A DNA stretch of 64,000 bases. It comes from an uncultured Desulfospira sp. Lineage in GTDB: Bacteria > Desulfobacterota > Desulfobacteria > Desulfobacterales > Desulfobacteraceae. Position numbers and translations under genes: made by a program. Below, piece by piece: positions 57,370-64,000 of this stretch. Below the pieces are notes generated by a model. The model was not told where the DNA came from. It did not search any database and worked only from the letters and a program-made list of their open reading frames with translations. Position 1 is the first letter of the stretch; every line of letters starts with the position of its first letter. Location of the stretch: NCBI GenBank assembly GCA_963663165.1, contig OY760175.1, forward strand, positions 3,872,001 through 3,936,000. The letters run 5' to 3'.

Positions 57370-57729
57370 CTATGTGTTCAGTTCAAATACAACCCTTAAC
57401 GCCTGGTTAATTTCCTGGACTTTGTCCATTGACAGTTTCCCCCTGATTTTGACCAGTCGATGGCGATGATCTATTGGACGTGTCTGAAGGCAATCGGCTA
57501 TGGATTTTTTAGACAGGCCATTATCGGATGAGGGATAGATTTCAACATTGGTTGTGACCCGGGCTTTTTTCGCGCTCCATTCGGTCACCGGAACAACCTG
57601 GACAACCGGAACCCTTGCATTATAAATATCGTTGGTCGCCACCACACACGGCCTGATTTTTCCGGTTTCCGAACCTTTTGTGGGATCAAGGTTGACGTCA
57701 ATAATCATGCCTCTTTTAAGCACCATCAT
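57370..57729 (-). CDS. mazF: PemK/MazF-family endoribonuclease toxin
   Basis: KRG.I..VNLDP..GSE.GK.RP.VV..ND, VP.T, GL.K.S....Q.R.ID..RL. Confidence 0.9.
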   Translation of the reverse strand: MMVLKRGMIIDVNLDPTKGSETGKIRPCVVATNDIYNARVPVVQVVPVTEWSAKKARVTTNVEIYPSSDNGLSKKSIADCLQTRPIDHRHRLVKIRGKLSMDKVQEINQALRVVFELNT

Positions 57730-57959
57730 TCCGGCCATCCGTTCAATGCCGTTTCTGTCAGGTCTTTTAAATCATCGTCCTCAGAATAGATTTCAGAATA
57801 CAACTCAGCAGATTTTTTAAGGCGTTCAAGTTCCATTTCCTTTTTGAAAAGCTCTATGGCCTCACGAAGCATGGCGCTTTTGTCCTTAAATCCATAGGCC
57901 TTAAAATCATTCAAAAACTGAACTTGAGCTTCCTCAACACTGAATTTCGCCTGTAACAT
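57726..57959 (-). CDS. putative antitoxin (RHH-like)
   Basis: 77 aa, DKSAMLREAI helix, acidic tail, ATGA overlap with the toxin gene. Confidence 0.78.
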   Translation of the reverse strand: MLQAKFSVEEAQVQFLNDFKAYGFKDKSAMLREAIELFKKEMELERLKKSAELYSEIYSEDDDLKDLTETALNGWPE

Positions 57960-58030
57960 TTGGCCCCCTTTCAGGCCCCTATATTGGGACCTTATTCACA
58001 GGCATATTATAGGGGCTGATATGCTGAGAG

Positions 58031-59563
58031 TCAATGTAGGGATTTGCTTTTTCGAATGAGGCCGGCTAAAAATTCGGTAAAGGGTTTTATATTCTTTTTT
58101 ACGCTGGCCTGTTCTAAGGCGGCCATGTACTCGCTGCGGGTTTCAAGGGGAATAACCGTCCATGGATAGCCGCCGCCGGCCAGCATAACATTCATGAGAA
58201 ATCTTCCCATGCGGCCGTTTCCGTCGGTATAGGGATGGATATAGACAAAGAAAAAATGGCCCAGAACCGCTCTTACAGCAGACTCTTCTTCGTTTTTCAA
58301 AAGCGTGAAGAATGCGGGCATGAGATCCTGCACAGCGTCGCTGCGCGGCGGTACATGCTTTGATTTTTGAATATATACCGACTGGTCACGGTAACCGGCA
58401 AGGTCAGAGGCGGCAAGAATACCTGCGCTGACACTCGGGGCAAACAATTCTCTATACCATGTGGCATGATCGTTGTGGACCACCTCGCCCGGACAGTTCT
58501 TATCCAGAATTTTTTTAAGGCTTTTTTTCACCGCCTGAAACGCCTGCCAGTAACCACGGGCAGCCAGGGCGTCTGCATACGCTTTGTCTTTAGGGTTTGT
58601 GTCCGGGTCCCAGTTTCCTGAGCGGCCCCGCTCAATAAGTTGTTCACTGACACGATATCCCTCAATGGAAAGTGAATGATAGGCATCACTCAGATAAGTA
58701 TCATCCACCTGCCTGAGGTATGTGTCAGCTTTTTGGCACGATGGGGGGGCGGGCAAAAAATTTTCCAGGACAACCCCGCGCATATCGGCCCAGTCCATCC
58801 GGATCCGGTTGACATATGGGGAAAGTTCCCGCCCACTGAAGCGTATGGCCGGCTTTTTTTCAAAGGGGTCATTTTCCGTAATGGTATACCCGGCAGCCCT
58901 CATGGCCTCAAGGATATCATCGGCAATGCCGGTTTTCCCAATGTTTTTAAAGGCGCCGGCAAGCCTTCCGGCGACGGTGCTGTGCCCGCCTTCAAGGAGT
59001 TTGCGCAACACCAGGGAAGCATCACCAATCATGCACAAGGAAGCCCGGGCCTCCACCGCATAATTTAAAAAAAAGCCCGGGGCACATGAAACCAACGCCG
59101 CGGGCAGTGTCATCACCCGCAGGTTTTCTTTGGTTTCCATATCATTTTTGTCCGGCAATTTCAGGCGGACGTCCATTATCGAGGTTCCATAGGGAAGCGA
59201 TGTGGGTTTATTCCCCCCTTTAGGCGTCCGGACGAAAAGTTGTCCGGGTACGGTCCAGTTCCCGCTGTGAATGTTCAATGACTGCTCAGGCGATAGGCAC
59301 CACTGATCATTGAATCGTGATTCAAGGTATTCCGCGCAAAATTCCCAAAACGAGGCATACCAGGCCGTGCTTTCCCCGGCCGGGTCTTCAGGCCGCCCCG
59401 GAATATACCACCCCTTCATCACTTCTTTTATAAATCCGTTTTTAACGAGGCGTTCCCGGTGGGTGCGGGTCATATGCTTTGTATGAATGGCAACCGCGCC
59501 TTTGTTTTGAAGCTTTTTCAAAACAGCAAGGGACTGTGCGAGTTTTTCCCGGGGCAAGGCCAT
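58031..59563 (-). CDS. Fic-family protein with long N-terminal extension
   Basis: Canonical Fic motif HPYTDGNGRMGR; YHSLSIEG inhibitory-helix-like motif. Confidence 0.9.
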   Translation of the reverse strand: MALPREKLAQSLAVLKKLQNKGAVAIHTKHMTRTHRERLVKNGFIKEVMKGWYIPGRPEDPAGESTAWYASFWEFCAEYLESRFNDQWCLSPEQSLNIHSGNWTVPGQLFVRTPKGGNKPTSLPYGTSIMDVRLKLPDKNDMETKENLRVMTLPAALVSCAPGFFLNYAVEARASLCMIGDASLVLRKLLEGGHSTVAGRLAGAFKNIGKTGIADDILEAMRAAGYTITENDPFEKKPAIRFSGRELSPYVNRIRMDWADMRGVVLENFLPAPPSCQKADTYLRQVDDTYLSDAYHSLSIEGYRVSEQLIERGRSGNWDPDTNPKDKAYADALAARGYWQAFQAVKKSLKKILDKNCPGEVVHNDHATWYRELFAPSVSAGILAASDLAGYRDQSVYIQKSKHVPPRSDAVQDLMPAFFTLLKNEEESAVRAVLGHFFFVYIHPYTDGNGRMGRFLMNVMLAGGGYPWTVIPLETRSEYMAALEQASVKKNIKPFTEFLAGLIRKSKSLH

Positions 59564-59735
59564 GGTTCACCTGATCTCTGATTTTTAGGTTATTAAGCTT
59601 TAATATATTTAGGTTTTCGAGTCAAGTGATTTTTAGGTTTTTATGCTTTACAAAATTTGGGAAATTCAGCTGAAGGGGATTAGGCCGAAGGGGTTCACAG
59701 CCCTAAACCCCTTCAACCTTCAGTCTAAACCCCTT

Positions 59736-60998
59736 CTAAAGCATTTCCAGGGCACAGGCCATGGCCACGCCCCCGCCGCCGCAAAGGGTGGCAAGCCCTA
59801 AAGTGTCTCCGCGTTTTTTCATGGCATGGATCAACGTGACCATGATCCGTGCGCCGGTGGAGCCCACGGGATGGCCAAGGCCGATGCCGGAACCGTTGAC
59901 ATTGGTAATTTCCCGGTTCAGCCCCAAATCTTTTTCACACCCAATATACTGGGCCGCAAAGGCCTCGTTGACCTCAATGAGTTCAAAATCGTCAATGGCA
60001 AGGCCGGATCTTTCCATGAGGTTTTTTACGGCCGGCACCGGGGAGAGCCCCATGACACTGGGATGGCAGGCGCCCATGCCCGTGGCCTTAATCCGGGCGA
60101 TGGGGGTAAGGCCCAGCTCTTTGGCCTTGTCCATGGACATGATGATCATGCCCGTGGACCCGTCATTGATGCCCGAGGCGTTGCCGGCGGTGACCTTGCC
60201 GGTTTTGGGGACAAAGGCCGGCGGCAGGGCGGCCAGCTTTTCCATGGTCATGCCCGGCCTGAAATGTTCGTCCTTATCAAAAATAATGGGATCTTTTTTG
60301 CGCTGGGGAACCGTGATGGGAACGATTTCTTCGGCAAAGGAGCCGTCATTGGTAGCCCGCTCGGTGTTGTTGTGGCTCCTTAGGGCCACCTCATCCAATT
60401 CCTCCCGGCTGAGCCCCATGTGCTGGGCAATGAATTCTGCCGTGTGCCCCATGATATAGGGTTTGCCCACAAAATAGCTTGCCGGGGCCTGGGTGGTGTC
60501 TACCGGACTGGTTTCGTCCAGGGGCAGGATATAGGAACCGCAGTGCAGGGCATGGATCATGGCGTCCACAAACTGGGCATCCTGAAGCCGGCAGCCCCAC
60601 CGGGCCTTGGGCGCGGTATAGGGCACCCCGGACATGTGCTCCACCCCGCCTGCCAGGATGATATCGGCCATGCCGGCCTGGATCATGGCCATCCCTGACA
60701 GGACCGCCTCCATGCCGGAAATGCAGACCCGGTTGATGGTCACCGCCGGCACCGTATCCGGGATCCCGGCCATGAGGGCCGCCACCCGGGTGGTGTTCAG
60801 GGTGTCATGGTGTTCCACACAGGTGCCGTAACGGACATCGTCAATCATCGAAGGTTCAATGCCGGCCCGTTTGATGGCCTCTTTCATGGTAACCGACCCG
60901 ATGGTCGCGCCGTTCAAATCCCTTAAGGTTCCCCCGAATGCGCCAATGGCGGTTCTGCAGGCCGAAACAATTACAATATCTTTCATTTTATCGTTCAT
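59736..60998 (-). CDS. acetyl-CoA C-acyltransferase (thiolase)
   Basis: RTAIGAFGG, TINRVCISG, TAGNASGINDG, NEAFA, GHPVGSTG, LCGGGG. Confidence 0.95.
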   Translation of the reverse strand: MNDKMKDIVIVSACRTAIGAFGGTLRDLNGATIGSVTMKEAIKRAGIEPSMIDDVRYGTCVEHHDTLNTTRVAALMAGIPDTVPAVTINRVCISGMEAVLSGMAMIQAGMADIILAGGVEHMSGVPYTAPKARWGCRLQDAQFVDAMIHALHCGSYILPLDETSPVDTTQAPASYFVGKPYIMGHTAEFIAQHMGLSREELDEVALRSHNNTERATNDGSFAEEIVPITVPQRKKDPIIFDKDEHFRPGMTMEKLAALPPAFVPKTGKVTAGNASGINDGSTGMIIMSMDKAKELGLTPIARIKATGMGACHPSVMGLSPVPAVKNLMERSGLAIDDFELIEVNEAFAAQYIGCEKDLGLNREITNVNGSGIGLGHPVGSTGARIMVTLIHAMKKRGDTLGLATLCGGGGVAMACALEML

Positions 60999-61072
60999 CC
61001 TTAAATATTTTGTTATCATTCCTGATACTGACCGCTAAAGCTAACAGCCAATTCGTGTCTAAACGAAAACCC

Positions 61073-61146
61073 GCGTTTGGACGAAAAGTTGCCCAGATGC
61101 AAATTTTTATGCAACGCAGCAGATGGGTGACTTTTCGTTCAAACAC
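61073..61146 (+). repeat. MITE-like intergenic repeat, internally deleted copy
   Basis: GCGTTTGGACGAAAAGTTGCCCAGATGCAA...GCAACGCAGCAGATGGGTGACTTTTCGTTCAAACAC; extra partial end at 61055-61069. Confidence 0.85.
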
Positions 61147-61147
61147 C

Positions 61148-62956
61148 CTACCCGAACGCCTCGTCGGATATTTCCATGGCCGCCGCATCAGCCGCCTGGA
61201 TGGTCTCCATTTTGCCCCGGGAAACCGGCAGCACCGTGTTGATGAAAAACTGGGCGCTTTTCACCAGGCCTTCATAAAAGGCAATGTCTTTTTTCTTTGC
61301 CTTGCCCCCAAGTTTTTCAGTGGCAATAACAGCCCGCCAGAGCAGCATCCAGGCCATGAGGGTGTCTCCGGTAACATCCAGGAAGGGCCGGGCATAGGCA
61401 AAGGCGGTGATCATGTTGTCCGTGCCCAGATCTGTGCCCAGTTTCCGGGCGGTTTCCAGAAGCTTAGTCAGGGTCATGTCCAGGTTCTCGGCCAGGGGTG
61501 ACAGCCCCGCATCTTTCTGGGCCTCTTCAATGGTTCCCTGGACTTTGGCCACCAGGTCCATGAAGGCCTTGCCCTTGTTTAAGCCCAGCTTGCGGCCCAG
61601 AAGATCCATGGCCTGAATGCCGTTGGTGCCCTCATAAATCTGGGTGATTTTAACATCCCTGAGCAGCTGCTCCTGGGGGTATTCTTTGGTAAATCCGTAG
61701 CCGCCGAAAACCTCAAGGCCAAGGCCGCACAGCTCAAAGGCCCGGTCCGTGATATACCCTTTGGCCACCGGGATCAGCACGTCAATAATCCCCTGGCAAA
61801 GGGCTTTTTCCTCGTCGGTTGCGGCGGTCTTGATACAGTCTTCCATGAACCCCACGTAAAAGAGAATGGAGCGCATGCCTTCGGAATAGGATTTCATGGT
61901 CAGCAGTATCCGCCGGATGTCCGGGTGCTGGATAATGGGAACGCTTGGGGAGTCTTTGGCTGCGCCCAGGGCTTTTCCCTGGACCCTTTCCCGGGCATAG
62001 TTCAGGGCGTTGAGATAGGAGGCCGACACGCAGGCAAACCCCTGCATGCCCACATGAAGGCGGGCTTCATTCATCATGACAAACATGGCGCTCATGCCCT
62101 TGTTTTCCCTTCCCAGCAGGGTGCCCCGGCAGTTCCCCTTGCTTCCCAGGGACAAAGAGCAGGTGGGGGAACCGTGAATGCCCATTTTTTCCTCAATGCC
62201 GGTGCAGACCACATCGTTGAACTCTCCCATGGAGCCGTCGTCGTTGACCCAGTATTTGGGCACCAGGAACAGGGAGATCCCGGCCGTGCCCTCAGGCGCC
62301 CCTTCAATCCGGGCCAGAACCGGGTGGATGATGTTCTCTACCAGGTCGTTCTCCCCGGAGGAGATAAAGATCTTGTTGCCGGTGATGGAATAAGTGCCGT
62401 CATCGTTTTTGACCGCCTTGGTGGTCAACGCCCCCACGTCAGAGCCGGCATCGGGTTCGGTCAGGAGCATGGAGCCGCCCCACTTGCCCGTGTACATGTT
62501 TTTTAAGAATAATTTTTTCTGCTGGTCGGTACCGAATTTTTCCACCAGTTTGCCGGCCCCGTGGATCAGGATGCTGTGGAGCATAAACGGATAGTTGGAC
62601 CCGTTAAAATAGTTATTGGCCGCCAGGGCCACGGTGGCTGGCATGCCCTGTCCGCCCCATTGGGGGTCATCACACATGGCAATCCATTCGCCTTCTCTGA
62701 ACAGCTTGTTCAGGTCGTGGAACACCCCGGGCACCTTGACCTGCCCATTGGTAAAGGTACATCCCTCTTCGTCAGCCTCTTTCATGCAGGGGAGCATCTC
62801 TTTTAAGGCCAAATTCCGGGCCTCGGAAACCACCATGTCGATGGTTTTTTTGTTGAAATCCTCAAATGCCTCGTGTTCGCTGAACTGGGCCACGTTTAAC
62901 TGTTCGTGGAGGACAAAGTCGATGTCCCTTCTGTCTGCCACTTGTTGTTGAGCCAT
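61148..62956 (-). CDS. acyl-CoA dehydrogenase (about 600-aa type)
   Basis: GGQGMP, MLLTEPDAGSDVG, GNKIFISSGE, EEKMGIHGSPTC, MN.ARL, GGYGF..EYP, QIYEGTNGIQA.DLLGRK; start MAQQQ at 62956. Confidence 0.95.
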   Translation of the reverse strand: MAQQQVADRRDIDFVLHEQLNVAQFSEHEAFEDFNKKTIDMVVSEARNLALKEMLPCMKEADEEGCTFTNGQVKVPGVFHDLNKLFREGEWIAMCDDPQWGGQGMPATVALAANNYFNGSNYPFMLHSILIHGAGKLVEKFGTDQQKKLFLKNMYTGKWGGSMLLTEPDAGSDVGALTTKAVKNDDGTYSITGNKIFISSGENDLVENIIHPVLARIEGAPEGTAGISLFLVPKYWVNDDGSMGEFNDVVCTGIEEKMGIHGSPTCSLSLGSKGNCRGTLLGRENKGMSAMFVMMNEARLHVGMQGFACVSASYLNALNYARERVQGKALGAAKDSPSVPIIQHPDIRRILLTMKSYSEGMRSILFYVGFMEDCIKTAATDEEKALCQGIIDVLIPVAKGYITDRAFELCGLGLEVFGGYGFTKEYPQEQLLRDVKITQIYEGTNGIQAMDLLGRKLGLNKGKAFMDLVAKVQGTIEEAQKDAGLSPLAENLDMTLTKLLETARKLGTDLGTDNMITAFAYARPFLDVTGDTLMAWMLLWRAVIATEKLGGKAKKKDIAFYEGLVKSAQFFINTVLPVSRGKMETIQAADAAAMEISDEAFG

Positions 62957-62975
62957 GATTTTCTCCTTTTTGTCA

Positions 62976-63100
62976 GTGTTTGAACGAAAAGTCACCCATC
63001 TGCTGCGTTGCAGAAAAATTTGCAATCCTCACAACCCCAAGGTTGCTCCGGTTACAAATTTTTCTGCGCCTTGCATCTGGGCAACCTTTCGTCCAAACAC
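62976..63100 (-). repeat. MITE-like intergenic repeat, longest copy (125 bp)
   Basis: Termini GTGTTTGAACGAAA / TTTCGTCCAAACAC and internal palindrome GCAGAAAAATTTG...CAAATTTTTCTGC. Confidence 0.88.
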
Positions 63101-63177
63101 GGGGTTTCTTTCAGGAACTGGTTAGACTGTCAGGCTTACAGGGCTGACTTCAGTCTTCAGCCTTCAGTCTATCCACC

Positions 63178-64000
63178 TTATTTTGTATAATCGTAAAAAC
63201 CCTTGCCGCTTTTTCGCCCGTAATATCCGGCCCTGACCATCTTTCTGAGCAGGGGGGCGGGCCGGTACTTGTCTTCGCCAAGCTCCTTGTGGAACCCGTC
63301 CAGAACCAGGAGAATGGTGTCCAGGCCCACCATGTCGGCCAAGGCCAACGGCCCGATGGGATGGTTGGCGCCAAGGGTCATGCCCTTGTCAATGTCTTCG
63401 GCACTGGCAATGCCCTCGGCCAGGACAAAAATGGCTTCGTTGATCATGGGGCACAGAATCCGGTTCACGGCAAACCCCGGGGCTTCCTGAACTTCAATGG
63501 CGGTTTTCCCCAGTTTTTCCACAAAGTCCTTTGCAATGTTCAGGGTATCGTCACTGGTGGTGAACCCTCTGATGAGCTCCACGAGTTTCATCACCGGAAC
63601 GGGATTGAAAAAGTGCATGCCGATGAACTTGTCCGGCCGTGTGGTCACGCTGCCCATCTCCGTAATGGAAAGGCCCGAGGTGTTGGAGGCAATGAGGGTC
63701 TGGGAGGGGCAGATGTTGTCCAGTTCCGTGAACACCTGTTTTTTGATGTCCATGATCTCAATAATGGCTTCAATGACCAGGTCTGCATCCTGGGCGGCAA
63801 GGGTCAGGTCCGTGGTTCCCGTGATCCGCCCCAGGACGGCATCAGCCTTTTCCTGGTCCATCTTTCCTTTGGATACCGCCCTTGCAAGGTTGGTTTTAAT
63901 GGTGGTCAGGCCGTTTTCAACAAACCGGTCTTCCATGTCCCGGATGCTGACGGTAAAACCGGCCTGGGCCGCTGACTGGGCGATTCCGGCACCCATGATC
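63178..64000 (-). CDS. hbd: 3-hydroxybutyryl-CoA dehydrogenase (5' end outside the window)
   Basis: [63 protein letters not shown]. Confidence 0.93.
   Translation of the reverse strand, partial: IMGAGIAQSAAQAGFTVSIRDMEDRFVENGLTTIKTNLARAVSKGKMDQEKADAVLGRITGTTDLTLAAQDADLVIEAIIEIMDIKKQVFTELDNICPSQTLIASNTSGLSITEMGSVTTRPDKFIGMHFFNPVPVMKLVELIRGFTTSDDTLNIAKDFVEKLGKTAIEVQEAPGFAVNRILCPMINEAIFVLAEGIASAEDIDKGMTLGANHPIGPLALADMVGLDTILLVLDGFHKELGEDKYRPAPLLRKMVRAGYYGRKSGKGFYDYTK

Overview
Bacterial window whose gene content (Hdr-Flx, PAS/sigma-54 activators, DUF3786) suggests a sulfate-reducing Desulfobacteraceae-like anaerobe; the taxonomy is inference. In order: an AT-rich segment with cspA and a SAM methyltransferase interrupted by an intact IS701-family element; a universal stress protein; an hdrA-mvhD-flx-like redox operon; an AT-richer five-gene defence operon (dndC, frameshifted dndD, a DndE-FtsK motor fusion, an ABC/AAA_21 ATPase and a TOPRIM/DUF4435-like nuclease), which is the best candidate for an undescribed system; two PAS sigma-54 activators ahead of nuoEFG-like genes and a degenerate HdrA-MvhD fusion; a FecR-OmpA-CHASE2/HD-GYP module; an amino-acid ABC transporter; patatin; fucA-like aldolase; pstSCAB; a glucosylglycerate-type compatible-solute cluster; an IS1380 relic; a TRAP transporter; a toxin cluster (YjjJ/HipA-like, MazEF-like, Fic); and beta-oxidation genes. 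Intergenic spaces carry MITE-like repeats and 7-bp-periodic palindromic arrays. No rRNA, tRNA or CRISPR array was seen. All calls come from reading motifs by eye; no searches were run.
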